Assembly: GCA_963850305.1 (NCBI GenBank)
Contig: CAWKKR010000007.1
Coordinates: 960,001-1,024,000, forward strand
DNA: 64,000 nt
Direction of reading: 5' to 3'
DNA from: an uncultured delta proteobacterium
Lineage (GTDB): Bacteria > Myxococcota_A > Polyangia > Polyangiales > Polyangiaceae
In this document: positions 54,353 through 64,000 of the stretch, one piece after another
How positions within the stretch are numbered: position 1 is the stretch's first letter
How the letters are laid out: the number at the start of each line of letters is the position of its first letter
Program-made: the position numbers and the translations under genes
The notes under the pieces: model-generated
Seen by the model: only the letters and a program-made list of their open reading frames with translations
Database searches by the model: none
Told to the model about the DNA's origin: nothing

Positions 54353-55419
54353 GGCCGAAGATCGCGCTCTGCCTGCCGGGCGGTGGCGTGACCGGTGCCA
54401 TGTACCAGATTGGCGCGCTCGCCGCGCTGGAAGACAGCGTCGAAGGTTTCGACGCCAACGACCTTTCTCTTTACGTCGGAAGTTCCAGTGGCGCGAGCGT
54501 CGCGTCGGCGCTTGCGGGCGGTATTCCCGTACAGCGAATGTACCGGGCACTCCTCGACCCGGCTGACGTATTCTTTCCGCTCGAACGACGCCATCTGCTC
54601 CGTGTGGACGTCGGTGAGTGGACCCGTGCCGTCGGCACCCTCTTCGGTGCCGTGCGGCATGGCAGCGCATCCGTCTTTTCGCGAAGACCCGCGCCGACCC
54701 CGCAAGCCCTGTGGGAAGAGCTGGATCGTCTCTACGATTCGCTGCCTACCGGCGTGTTCAAGCTCGAAGGGTACGAACGCTTCCTCGAGGATTTCTTCGC
54801 CCGCCGGGGCGTGCCGAACAACTTCCGCGCCATCCAGCGCCCCCTCCGCATCCTGGCGCACGACCTGGACAGCGGGGAGCCGGTCTTCTTCGGAGACACA
54901 GGTACGGATTACGTGCCGGTGTCCCGCGCCTGCATTGCCTCGACGGCGCTTCCGCCGTTCTTTTCGCCGGTACGGATCCGCGACAGATTTTACATCGACG
55001 CCGGGGCCGCGCAGGTTGCTCTTCTCGATGCAGCGCTCGCGGTGGGCGCGGACGTGCTGATCATCGTGAACCCGATGGTCTCGGTGCGAGTGGAAATGGT
55101 GCCCACGGGTCACGGTCACCGTTCGAGCGTGCGCGACAAGGGCTATCTCTGGGTTGCGAACCAGGCGATCCGCATCGGGATGCACGCGCTTCTGCGCGAG
55201 TCCATCGCCCGGATTCGCCGCGAGGGAAAGGCGGACATCCTCTTGCTGGAGCCGGACGCCACGGACGGCATCTTGTTCATGTTCAGCCCGGCGAGCTTCA
55301 CCGGGCGCCGGAAGATGCTCGAGTACGCGTATCGCACGACGCGCGACAAGCTCGCAGACCTCTTTTCCTCGGGGAACGAATCCGTTGTCAGGGCAGGATG
55401 GACGCGTCGCGCGGTCTAG
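54349..55419 (+). CDS. Patatin-like phospholipase
   Basis: LPGGGVTG, VGSSSGA (GxSxG), ASTALPPFFSPV, YIDAG (DGG variant). Confidence 0.9.
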   Translation: MRPKIALCLPGGGVTGAMYQIGALAALEDSVEGFDANDLSLYVGSSSGASVASALAGGIPVQRMYRALLDPADVFFPLERRHLLRVDVGEWTRAVGTLFGAVRHGSASVFSRRPAPTPQALWEELDRLYDSLPTGVFKLEGYERFLEDFFARRGVPNNFRAIQRPLRILAHDLDSGEPVFFGDTGTDYVPVSRACIASTALPPFFSPVRIRDRFYIDAGAAQVALLDAALAVGADVLIIVNPMVSVRVEMVPTGHGHRSSVRDKGYLWVANQAIRIGMHALLRESIARIRREGKADILLLEPDATDGILFMFSPASFTGRRKMLEYAYRTTRDKLADLFSSGNESVVRAGWTRRAV

Positions 55420-55421
55420 CC

Positions 55422-55904
55422 GTGTCGAGGGGGGCCATCGCGGCCATCGTGCTTGCGGCGTCCCTGCTCGTGGCATGCGGAGACGATTACCGCATCGGCG
55501 AATACGTCTGGGTATCTTGGGACGGACGCGACTATCCGGCGTACGTCATCGATCATCGCAGCAAGTCACGCTATCGCGTTCACTACGACGGCTACGACAC
55601 GCGCTGGGACGAAGACGTCACGCTCGACCGCGTCAAGGGTCGGATCAAAGGAACAGTCGTTCCCCCGCCGCCGCCGGCCAAGGTGGCGCGTGCCATGGGG
55701 CTCACGCCGCGGCCGAGCGGTTCCGCGGGGGCGCCGAGCGAGTTTGCCGTCGGAGATCGAGTTCGCGTGCGCTGGCGAGAATCCGTTTACCTCGCCACCG
55801 TCGTGAGCCTCGCGGGAGCGGGCCGCGTCCGCGTGCACTACGATGGATACGGAAGCGAGTGGGACGAAACCATTCCGGGGGATCGCATCCTCGGTAAGCG
55901 CTGA
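55422..55904 (+). CDS. Lipoprotein with two Tudor/Agenet/chromo-barrel-like domains
   Basis: Lipobox LVAC; two repeats of G..V.V.W...Y.A.V...RVHYDGY...WDE separated by a Pro-rich linker. Confidence 0.8.
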   Translation: MSRGAIAAIVLAASLLVACGDDYRIGEYVWVSWDGRDYPAYVIDHRSKSRYRVHYDGYDTRWDEDVTLDRVKGRIKGTVVPPPPPAKVARAMGLTPRPSGSAGAPSEFAVGDRVRVRWRESVYLATVVSLAGAGRVRVHYDGYGSEWDETIPGDRILGKR

Positions 55905-55942
55905 AGTTGGCCGCTGGGCTCGCGCTCCGATATGCGTGAGAC

Positions 55943-56389
55943 ATGCCGAGTGGTCGAAGAACCGTAGTCTTCGTTGCAATCGTCGGCAGCGTGGCAACTC
56001 TGGCAGGACAGGTGGACGCACGGCGCCCCACCATCGCGATTGGCGAAGTCCGCGCCCGCGTTCACGGGGCTGACAGGGCGATGGAAGCGACGCTGCGCAC
56101 CCTGGTCTCCCAGGAGATCGCTCGGCTCGACGTCGACCATGTTCGTCACGCCGATTCCTACGTGTTCTCGGCGTCGCTCGTTCGAATGGACGCGGAGTCG
56201 TCGCGCCAGGGATCTCGCGCGAGCTGCGTCGTGTCCGGCGTGTTGCGGCGCGCTCACGAAGGCGCGTTGCTCGCGGTGACGCGCGGGAGCGGCCTCGTCG
56301 AGGACGAGCGCTTCCTCGACGTCGCGAAGGAACAGGCTCTCGAAGCCGCCGTCCACGGCGCAGTCAAACGCGTGCCCGACGCTCTTTAG
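55943..56389 (+). CDS. Hypothetical exported protein
   Basis: Signal-peptide-like N-terminus, alpha/beta body; co-directional with the operon. Confidence 0.6.
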   Translation: MPSGRRTVVFVAIVGSVATLAGQVDARRPTIAIGEVRARVHGADRAMEATLRTLVSQEIARLDVDHVRHADSYVFSASLVRMDAESSRQGSRASCVVSGVLRRAHEGALLAVTRGSGLVEDERFLDVAKEQALEAAVHGAVKRVPDAL

Positions 56390-56495
56390 ATTCGTCGCTC
56401 GGCCGGGTCGATCACCGAGACAGTCGGCGTCAGGGATCGGATCGTAGCTGGAGCGAGCGCTTTGCCCCGCCTGGCCCGGCGGGCGGGTCTCGGGC

Positions 56496-58166
56496 TCAAG
56501 CTCCCGCCACCTCGATCAATTCCGGCGCCTTTGCCGATCGCTGGAGCACGACGGCGATTCGCTCGACCAGGCGCTGTTCCGCCCCGGGCTGGGTCGCGCT
56601 GAGAACGATCGCGGCGGACACCCCGTCGAGGGCGGCTCGGTCATCAGGGTCGAGCCGGTCCGCCTTGTTGTAGATGCGAAGGCGGGGAATACGTTCGAGT
56701 TCGAGCTCGGCGAGCAGATGCTCCGTGGTCTCCTCGTGTTCCTCGCGCTCGTCACTCGACGCGTCCACGACCTCGAGCAAGAGATCCGCATCGGCAATCT
56801 CCTCGAACGTTGCGCGGAACGCCGCGAACAGATCGCGGGGCATGTTGCGGATGAAGCCGACCGTGTCTGTCACGACGGCGTGCGAGCCGTCCGGAAGGCG
56901 TAACCGGCGCGCGCGCGTATCGAGGGTGGCGAACAGCTGGTCTTCGGCGCGTACACCGGCCCCGGTGAGCGCGTTGAGGAGCGTGCTCTTGCCCGCGTTC
57001 GTGTAACCGACCAGCGCGACGACGGGGATGTTGCTCGAGACGCGGCGACGTCGTTGCTCGGTCCGCTTTTTCGACAGCTGCGCCAGCTCCTTCTCCAGCC
57101 GGGTGACGCGTTCGCGTGCCCGACGACGACCGATCTCCAGCTTCGTTTCTCCGGGCCCTCGGCCGCCAATGCCGCCCGTTAGCCGACTCAGCGAGTCGTC
57201 GCGAGTTCCAAGGCGCGGGAGCGCATATTTGAGCTGCGCGAGCTCGACTTGAAGCTTGCCGTCCGAGCTTTCGGCGCGCTGCGCGAAGATATCGAGGATC
57301 AGCTGCGTGCGGTCGAGCACCTTGAGATCCGTTTGTGCCGCGATCCCGCTCGCCTGCGACGGGCTGAGCTCCTGGTCGAAGATGAGCGTCTGCGCATCGA
57401 GATCGATGGCACGGAGGATCACCTCTTCCAGCTTGCCGCGTCCGAGTACGAATTTCGGATCGACCTGTTCCCGGAGCTGCACGATCGAGTCCACGACGTC
57501 CACGCCGGCGGTCTCCGCGAGCGCTTGAAGTTCGGCAAGACCCGAGCGTGCGCGGTCCCCCGCTCGGGTCTGTCGGCGACTTCCGACGTGCACGAGGATG
57601 GCGCGCCCGTCCTTGGCGATTTCCCTCGTGCGGCCGCGACGCGCAAACTCCTGCTCGAGCGACTCGATCAACTCGCCGAAATTCGGCTGCGGGTGACCGT
57701 ACGGGACAGGCCCTTCGATGCGATAGCCCGCACCGCCATCGACGACCGGAACGTTATAGGCAAACGTCATGGATCGCGGTTCGCCCTGCGTGTCCAGCAC
57801 GATGGCCGAAACGAGATCGAGGCGTAGGCGCGTCAAGTCGGTGAGGTCGTCTCGGGTCAGAGGCTCTCCGTAGAGATGCGTGTGCACGAGGCGTAGTGCG
57901 CGAAATCGTCCCTGTGCGGCGCGGAGCCGTCCGATGTCGGGCAGCATGAGTCCGGTCGCCGTGCCGACCACTACGTAGTCGACAGCGCCCGATCGGTGGA
58001 CGAGAGCGCCGACTTGACGCTTCGCCTCGTGTGAGGCCTCCACGAGCGAACGGACGAGTTCCGGCGTCGCGATCCGATCGAGAGGGACGCGCCTACGGTA
58101 GATGCGCTCGAGCGCCCTCTGGGCTTGCGGGCCGAGCCCCGAAGTGTTCCCATAAATCTCCGGCAT
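56496..58166 (-). CDS. hflX: GTPase HflX (long form with N-terminal extension)
   Basis: DRTQLILDIFAQRA, GKLQVELAQL, GGIGGRGPGETKLE, VGYTNAGKSTL, LFATLD, DTVGF, NKAD. Confidence 0.96.
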   Translation of the reverse strand: MPEIYGNTSGLGPQAQRALERIYRRRVPLDRIATPELVRSLVEASHEAKRQVGALVHRSGAVDYVVVGTATGLMLPDIGRLRAAQGRFRALRLVHTHLYGEPLTRDDLTDLTRLRLDLVSAIVLDTQGEPRSMTFAYNVPVVDGGAGYRIEGPVPYGHPQPNFGELIESLEQEFARRGRTREIAKDGRAILVHVGSRRQTRAGDRARSGLAELQALAETAGVDVVDSIVQLREQVDPKFVLGRGKLEEVILRAIDLDAQTLIFDQELSPSQASGIAAQTDLKVLDRTQLILDIFAQRAESSDGKLQVELAQLKYALPRLGTRDDSLSRLTGGIGGRGPGETKLEIGRRRARERVTRLEKELAQLSKKRTEQRRRRVSSNIPVVALVGYTNAGKSTLLNALTGAGVRAEDQLFATLDTRARRLRLPDGSHAVVTDTVGFIRNMPRDLFAAFRATFEEIADADLLLEVVDASSDEREEHEETTEHLLAELELERIPRLRIYNKADRLDPDDRAALDGVSAAIVLSATQPGAEQRLVERIAVVLQRSAKAPELIEVAGA

Positions 58167-58337
58167 TCCGTGAACGGTTCTTCGAGGAGAGTAACCGCGA
58201 CATCACGCATCCGCAACCGGTCCTCCACGATTCTGCATCGTCCCAACCGGTCGAGAGGGGACGGCGCGATGCGATGGATCCGCGCCATCACGTGCCTCTC
58301 GCCCTTTTTCGAAGGATGGTGTACCTCGGCCACGAAA

Positions 58338-59300
58338 ATGGGAAGGTTCACGGTGCTCTCGCTCGACGACGCGAAGCGGCTCGCTGCGACGTTCGGCGTC
58401 GACGTGGCTCGAGTCGAGGCATTGTCCTCGGGGTCGGTGAACTCCAACTTTCGCCTCACGGACACCGCGGGGGCGGCCTACTTCGCACGCATCTACGAGG
58501 AACAGGCCGAGGATGGCGCTCTCGCCGAGCTCAGGCTGCTCCGCGAGCTCGCGCGTGCTGGGATCCCGACGACCGTGCCGCTTTCGCCGCAGGGCTCGTC
58601 TCAATCGGGGATGCCGGCTCTCGGGGGTAAGCCGTTCGCGATGTATCCGTGGGTCCACGGCGAGATCCTGTGTCAAGCGCGCGTCACACCCAAACACTGC
58701 CAGGCCGTCGGCGAGACGCTCGCGCGACTGCATCTGGCGACGGCTCACGTCACGCCGCTTGCCGGCGGGCGTTTCCGCATCCAGGACCTGGTGGATCGGC
58801 TCGAGCGGATCGAGCGTGAGAGTCCGGAACATCGCGACGCGGCGCTGCACATTCGGCATCGACTCAGGCATCACGCTGCGCGTCGTGACCCGTCGTTGCC
58901 GACAGGGCTAATCCACGGAGATCTGTTCCGTGACAACGTGCTCTGGTCCGGCCAGGACATCGCTGCTGTCATTGACTTCGAGAGCGCGGCAACGGGCTCG
59001 TTCGCGTTCGACGTCATGGTGACGCTGCTTGCTTGGTGTTTCGGCGACGCCTTCGGAGCGGAGCTGATCTCGGCTCTCCTTTTGGGCTACGAGACCATCC
59101 GTCCCCTCGAGGCGCGCGAATGGGATGCCCTGCTCACCGAGGGCGCCATCGCGTCTCTCCGCTTCGCCACGACTCGTATCACCGACTTCTCGATGCGAGC
59201 TTCTCCGGGAACGGCGCCACTTCGCGACTATCGCCGATTCCTCGAACGTCTCGAAGCGCTCGAGGGAGGCGTGCTCGATCTGCACCGCGCAGAGGCCTGA
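58338..59300 (+). CDS. thrB: Homoserine kinase type II (APH fold)
   Basis: GSVNSNF, LARLH, LPTGLIHGDLFRDNVL, VIDF, SLRFATTR. Confidence 0.85.
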   Translation: MGRFTVLSLDDAKRLAATFGVDVARVEALSSGSVNSNFRLTDTAGAAYFARIYEEQAEDGALAELRLLRELARAGIPTTVPLSPQGSSQSGMPALGGKPFAMYPWVHGEILCQARVTPKHCQAVGETLARLHLATAHVTPLAGGRFRIQDLVDRLERIERESPEHRDAALHIRHRLRHHAARRDPSLPTGLIHGDLFRDNVLWSGQDIAAVIDFESAATGSFAFDVMVTLLAWCFGDAFGAELISALLLGYETIRPLEAREWDALLTEGAIASLRFATTRITDFSMRASPGTAPLRDYRRFLERLEALEGGVLDLHRAEA

Positions 59301-59414
59301 CCCCAAAGATCTCGTGGGCCGCGAACACATCAGCGGAGCCCCGTGAGGGGCGACGTTTTGGCCAGGTGCTTCATTCTGGTTCCGGGTGGCTGACCGCCGC
59401 TCTACGATGCGGGC

Positions 59415-60797
59415 ATGACCGTCGCGAGAGGCGGGCGGCTTTCGCCCGAGATCAGTGGTTCGATGCAGGAGCTCAATACGAGCGTCCACGTGGATCGCGA
59501 GCTTTGGAGGGAAGACATCACCGGGTCGATCGCACACGTGCGCGGGCTGGAAGCGGCGCGGGTGCTCACGGCGAGCGAGGCGAATCTGCTCGTCGAAGGC
59601 CTGGAGACGGTCGCTCGAGAAATCGAGGCCGGCAAGATGGCGTGGGATCCCGCACGCGAAGACGTGCACATGAACGTCGAGGCGAGGCTCGCGGAACTCG
59701 TCGGACCCGTCGGCGGCAAGCTGCACACTGGCCGCTCGCGCAACGACCAGGTTGCGACGGATCTGCGGCTCTGGACTCGGCGCCGCATCGACGAGGTGCT
59801 CGTAGCGGTCGACGAGTTCGCGCGCGTGCTCATAGATGCCGCAGAGCGGGAAATCGACGTTCTCATGCCCGCGTACACGCACTTGCAGCCCGCTCAACCG
59901 AGTCGGCTTTCCCATCACCTGCTCGCGTGGCAGGAACTCCTTCACCGAGATCGCGGACGGCTGGTGGATGCGCGGCAACGAGTCAACGAATCGCCTCTCG
60001 GGGCCGGCGCCGTCGCCGGGACGGGGTTTCCAGTGGATCGCGAGGCGGTCGCGAGATCTCTAGGGTTCGAGCGAGCCATGCGTAACTCCATCGACGCGAC
60101 AGGAAGCCGTGACTTTTTGATGGAGGTTGCCGGCGCGCTTACGATTCTCGGAGTGCACCTGTCGCGGATAGGGGAAGAAGTCGTGATCTGGTCGACGATG
60201 GAGTTCGGCTTTCTCACGCTTTCGGACGCGTTCTCGACGAGCTCCTCGATGATGCCCCAGAAGAAGAACCCGGACGTGGCGGAGCTCGTTCGAGGCAAAT
60301 CAGCGAGCCTGATCGGCTGCGTGACGACGCTCTATACGCTCGAAAAGAGCCTCGCTTTCGGCTACGGCCGCGATCTCCAGGAGGACAAGCGGCCCATTTT
60401 CGACGCGTTCGAGGCTGCGCTCGTGAGTTTGCGTGCGCTCGCAGGCGCCATCGCGACGGCCACGTTCAACAAGGACAGGCTTCACGCGGCGCTCGAGCGC
60501 GGGCACCTTTGTGCGACGGACCTCGCGGATTATCTCGTGAATCAGGGCGTGCCGTTCCGGGAGGCACATCACGTCGTCGGCGCGCTCGTCGCCGTTGCGG
60601 AGGCCGGCGGCGTACAGCTCGGAGAGCTGTCGCAGGAGACGCTCGTTCGGGCGCACGGGAGCCTCGGTTCGCCGGAGGTCGCCAAGGTGCTCGATCCCGC
60701 TGCTGCGGTGGAGCGACGACTGGTGCGAGGGGCGCCTGCTCGAGTGCGCGTTGCCGAAGCAATCGGGGAAGCGCGCGTACGCTGGAACGCGTCGTAG
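59415..60797 (+). CDS. argH: Argininosuccinate lyase
   Basis: EDVHMNVE, KLHTGRSRNDQVATD, PAYTHLQ, SSMMPQKKNPD, DLQEDK, GVPFREAH. Confidence 0.96.
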   Translation: MTVARGGRLSPEISGSMQELNTSVHVDRELWREDITGSIAHVRGLEAARVLTASEANLLVEGLETVAREIEAGKMAWDPAREDVHMNVEARLAELVGPVGGKLHTGRSRNDQVATDLRLWTRRRIDEVLVAVDEFARVLIDAAEREIDVLMPAYTHLQPAQPSRLSHHLLAWQELLHRDRGRLVDARQRVNESPLGAGAVAGTGFPVDREAVARSLGFERAMRNSIDATGSRDFLMEVAGALTILGVHLSRIGEEVVIWSTMEFGFLTLSDAFSTSSSMMPQKKNPDVAELVRGKSASLIGCVTTLYTLEKSLAFGYGRDLQEDKRPIFDAFEAALVSLRALAGAIATATFNKDRLHAALERGHLCATDLADYLVNQGVPFREAHHVVGALVAVAEAGGVQLGELSQETLVRAHGSLGSPEVAKVLDPAAAVERRLVRGAPARVRVAEAIGEARVRWNAS

Positions 60798-60808
60798 GCG
60801 TATCCGGG

Positions 60809-61897
60809 TCACTGTGAGGGTGGCGGGGGCACCCAGACGAAGGTGTCTTGCGGGCGTCCGTGTCTTTCGAACGCGCCGGTCTCGATCAGAATGATGCCGC
60901 CGCCAACGATGGCCGTGACGGCAGCGGCGGTCCACGGGATCCACGCTCTTCGGGACGGCTCGGGCCAGGGCGGGTGAACCGGCAGCTGGAACGCCTCACC
61001 CCAATCACGGTGCCAGGGCAAGAACGCGCCGCACGAGGCCTTCCAGCAAATGGCGACCTCGATCCCGTCGGTCGCGGGCCGCGCGACGACGAAGTGTGGA
61101 CAGAGCACCTCGCCTCGGAACTGGGGTCGGTCAGCCGTCATGACCGCGGTTCCGAGATCCGTCTCGTCGCAGGGGGCAGGGGGCGGTATGGGTAGCGTCG
61201 TCGGTGATTCCGCGGCGTCGACCCAGCCCGACCACGCGACTTGCCCCTCGCGAAGCACGCGCACATGGTGGGTTCCGCGCGCCACGGTCGGCGGATACCC
61301 GACCCGAGTGCCGTCAATCTCCACCTCGTCGCCAGGCCGCGCGCCCTGGAGAGCAACCGTCGTTGCGGAGCTTGCGGTCGAACTCGTGACGCCCGGCCCA
61401 GACCCGGCGCCCTGCCGCGCTTTTGCGGGGCGCGACATCTTCGTGACGGCCGGCGTTTCGGCAAACGACGGCGCTCGTAGTCCGTCAATCGTCGCCGCAC
61501 GCTGCTCGAGAGCGACCGCGGTCGCCGTGTCGGTTGGTCGCACGGCCTCCGCACGGGCACGCCAGGTTTCGGCCATCAGAAACCCTGCCTCGGGAAGCGC
61601 GGGGTGAGCCCGGAGCAGGGCTTCGGCGTCATCGAGAGGAGCGGTCGACGCGGCCGGATCCGCGGAGTAAGTCGCCGTCCGCGCTTCCGAAAGAAGAGCC
61701 TCGACGCGTAGCGCCAGAGCGTCGTCGTGGGTCGCAGGCTCGAGTCCGCCCGCGGCTGTTGGCTCCTCGATCTCGACCATGCGAGAAGACGCCCAGGATT
61801 CCAGGTCCGGTTCGTGGCTTTCGCGAGTCCCCGCGGAGCCGAGCCAGAGGACGACGAGGGCGGCGCTCACGGGCCTCCCGGGAGTGGCCCCTGACAA
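60809..61897 (-). CDS. Hypothetical protein (helical region, PEGA-like strand region, C-terminal hydrophobic segment)
   Basis: 362-codon ORF filling the gap; VEIDG...GTHHVRV..GWV is PEGA-like; start uncertain. Confidence 0.6.
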   Translation of the reverse strand: MSGATPGRPVSAALVVLWLGSAGTRESHEPDLESWASSRMVEIEEPTAAGGLEPATHDDALALRVEALLSEARTATYSADPAASTAPLDDAEALLRAHPALPEAGFLMAETWRARAEAVRPTDTATAVALEQRAATIDGLRAPSFAETPAVTKMSRPAKARQGAGSGPGVTSSTASSATTVALQGARPGDEVEIDGTRVGYPPTVARGTHHVRVLREGQVAWSGWVDAAESPTTLPIPPPAPCDETDLGTAVMTADRPQFRGEVLCPHFVVARPATDGIEVAICWKASCGAFLPWHRDWGEAFQLPVHPPWPEPSRRAWIPWTAAAVTAIVGGGIILIETGAFERHGRPQDTFVWVPPPPSQ

Positions 61898-62011
61898 TCT
61901 TGGATCAGAACGGCAGAAACCGCCTTAAGCTGACGATTCGCTAGCGTTCCTCCGCCGGGTTTGCCGGTCGGGAGCGCCCCGACGAGCCAGAGGGCTCGGG
62001 AGACGAACCGG

Positions 62012-62740
62012 GTGCAGCTCGATTTTGCCGCGCGCGAACTCACCGTAAAGCTCGTGTACTACGGTCCCGCGCTCAGCGGAAAGACCACGAACCTCCAGGC
62101 GCTCCACGACGCGACCGACCCGGCCGCCACCGGTCGCCTGATGACGCTCGAGACCAAGGACGATCGAACCTTATTTTTCGATCTTTTGCCCCTCACGTTC
62201 AAGGGGCAAGGAGACTTGTCGGTTCGAATCAAGGTCTTCACCGTGCCGGGCCAGGTCATTCACTCCTCCACCAGAAGGCTCGTGGTTCAGGGCGCGGATG
62301 GGGTCGCCTTCATCGCAGATTCCCAGACCGAGGAGACGCAGGCGAACGCCGAAGCCTTCGTGGACCTTCGACAGAACCTCAAGGCCAATGGTCTCGCGCT
62401 GAAGCAGATGCCGCTCATCATTCAGTTCAACAAGCGGGACTTGAGGGACGTCCGGAGCGATGAGGAGATTGCAAACCTCGCCGCTCAAGGCCGGGAGCCC
62501 GTGTACCTCGCTGTTGCCACGCGGGGCGAGGGCGTGGTCGAGAGTTTCATCGGTCTTCTTCATTTGACGTGGAGCGCGCTCGAAGCCGAGCACGAGCTCG
62601 GCAAGAAGTTTGGCTTCGACTCGACCGCATTTCTCGCCGAAGTGGCGCACAAGCTGGGCAACGAGAAGACCCTTCCGGAGATCCTCGCGACATGCGTTGG
62701 GGGCGCCCTCGACGTTCTGCGGCCGGAGACACAGCCGTGA
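62012..62740 (+). CDS. MglA-family small GTPase (paralogue with C-terminal extension)
   Basis: VKLVYYGPALSGKTTNL, DRTLFFD, TVPGQ, GADGVAFIADS, NKRD, AVATRGEGV; GTG start at 62012. Confidence 0.9.
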   Translation: MQLDFAARELTVKLVYYGPALSGKTTNLQALHDATDPAATGRLMTLETKDDRTLFFDLLPLTFKGQGDLSVRIKVFTVPGQVIHSSTRRLVVQGADGVAFIADSQTEETQANAEAFVDLRQNLKANGLALKQMPLIIQFNKRDLRDVRSDEEIANLAAQGREPVYLAVATRGEGVVESFIGLLHLTWSALEAEHELGKKFGFDSTAFLAEVAHKLGNEKTLPEILATCVGGALDVLRPETQP

Positions 62741-64000
62741 CGGACGTCGCGCCGGCCCGTGAGCGCACGCTCGACGAACTGACGCTGGGCTCGTCGGTAT
62801 CGCTGGAAGAGCTCGTCGATCGAAGCGCCCTGAGCGAGATGGCGACGAGCTTTCACGGGCTATTCGGTGTGCCGCTGCGCATCTTCAGCGAAGCCGGGGT
62901 GCTCCTCGCCGACGCGAGCATCCAACCGGAGGCGTACGAATACCTCATCGAGAATCACAGGCGGGCGAAGGCGGCGCTCCAGGAGGTTGTCGCCGCCGTG
63001 AAGCGTGTCGATGCGGGAGCAAATGGAGAAGCCTCCTACACGTGCTTCACGGGCGCCGTGTATCACGTGGTGTCGATTCGTTACGACAATCGCCCCCTCG
63101 GGCGCATGGTCCTGGGTCCCTTTCTGCCGCCGTCGATTCGCGACGTGCCGCCGACACTGCTCGCGGTCGAACCGGATGTGGACGTCGCGAAAGTGAAGGA
63201 GCTTCTCACCAAGATGCCGCGCGCGCGCGAAGAAACGGTGCGCCAGATCGCGCGCCACGTGCGCGGGACGCTCGATCTCATCTTGTTCAGTGGGCACAAG
63301 GCGCTCCTGACGAGCAGCATGCATCTCGCGTCCGTCCGCGAGAGCTTCCGCGATCTTCAAGAGAAGAACACGAACCTGCAGGAAGCGTACGACAGGCTGA
63401 AGGAGCTCGATCGGCTGAAGAGTAACTTTCTGGCGACGGTGTCGCACGAGCTTCGGACACCCCTCACGTCGATCATCGGTTACAGCGAAATGCTGGCCGA
63501 GGGGATCGCCGGGGAGATGTCCGCAGAGCAGCGCGACTTCGTTCGTACAATCCACGAGAAGGGCGAGCAGCTCCTCGAGCTCATCACGGGTCTGCTCGAC
63601 CTGTCGAAGCTCGAGAGCGGCACGCTCGCCATGCGCAAGATGGAGGTTGCCGTGGAGCAGATCGTCATCGACGTCATTCAGACCGTCTCTCCGACCGCGC
63701 GGAAGCGCAACGTCCAGGTCAAAGGAGACTTCGGCGAAGCGCTGCCCAAGCTTTGGGCCGATCCAACGCGGCTCCGGCAGATCATCCTCAATCTCACGGA
63801 CAACGCGTTGAAGTTCACTCGCGAGGGTGGCGTAGTCGTCATCGGCGTGAAGGCGACCTCGATCGATGTGCAGCCGCCCGACGATGAAGGCGGTCTGGTC
63901 TTGCTCCGGACGAAGCAGCCAGCCGTAGAAATCCGGGTCAGCGACAACGGGATCGGCATACCGGACGCCGAGAAACAAAAAGTCTTCGACGCATTTTACC
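62737..64000 (+). CDS. Sensor histidine kinase with PocR-like N-terminal domain; 3'-truncated, absent from the ORF track
   Basis: Read directly from the sequence: LEELVDRSALSEMATSF..LFG, TCFTG, LGRMVLGPF (PocR-like); LKELDRLKSNFLATVSHELRTPL; NLTDNALKFT; DNGIGI; FDAFY. Confidence 0.88.
   Translation, partial: MTDVAPARERTLDELTLGSSVSLEELVDRSALSEMATSFHGLFGVPLRIFSEAGVLLADASIQPEAYEYLIENHRRAKAALQEVVAAVKRVDAGANGEASYTCFTGAVYHVVSIRYDNRPLGRMVLGPFLPPSIRDVPPTLLAVEPDVDVAKVKELLTKMPRAREETVRQIARHVRGTLDLILFSGHKALLTSSMHLASVRESFRDLQEKNTNLQEAYDRLKELDRLKSNFLATVSHELRTPLTSIIGYSEMLAEGIAGEMSAEQRDFVRTIHEKGEQLLELITGLLDLSKLESGTLAMRKMEVAVEQIVIDVIQTVSPTARKRNVQVKGDFGEALPKLWADPTRLRQIILNLTDNALKFTREGGVVVIGVKATSIDVQPPDDEGGLVLLRTKQPAVEIRVSDNGIGIPDAEKQKVFDAFY

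Noticed and set aside
62860..63978. 372-aa minus-strand ORF
   Set aside because: Antisense shadow of the plus-strand histidine kinase that runs off the window end.

Overview
GC-rich bacterial chromosomal segment. Gene content points to Myxococcota, probably Polyangia/Sorangiineae (inference): a giant TPR protein, FHA-sigma54 activator, PEGA/TPR proteins, Hanks kinases, an MglA-type GTPase and a REC-XRE regulator. It holds about 46 protein genes and 3 tRNAs (Ile2-CAT, Met-CAT, Pro-CGG); no rRNA, CRISPR array, transposase or integrase was seen. Housekeeping genes: uvrA, dksA, tatD, nadB, hflX, thrB, argH, ald. Modules of interest: (i) a ~12.5 kb putative lipid uptake/catabolism locus (unknown beta-barrel, FadL-like channel, two Cys-rich lipoproteins, TetR, paired acyl-CoA dehydrogenases, SCP2, orphan TRAP solute-binding protein) with a recurring TGAC-N6-GTCA palindrome at its promoters; (ii) a cytoplasmic Ser/Thr kinase-HEAT protein coupled to an apparently inactive HD-GYP-like protein; (iii) a tandem Tudor/chromo-barrel lipoprotein in an operon with a patatin and a CPBP protease; (iv) an MglA-like GTPase coupled to a PocR histidine kinase; (v) a sigma54-linked Hsp20/USP/Ald stress module. 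There is also a 123-bp duplication of the tetR 3' end enclosing a 10 x 21-bp array, and a degenerate 84-bp repeat. About ten single-base frameshifts (mostly 31.0-35.0 kb) look like long-read consensus errors, so several genes are reconstructed across frames. All calls come from reading motifs by eye; no searches were run.
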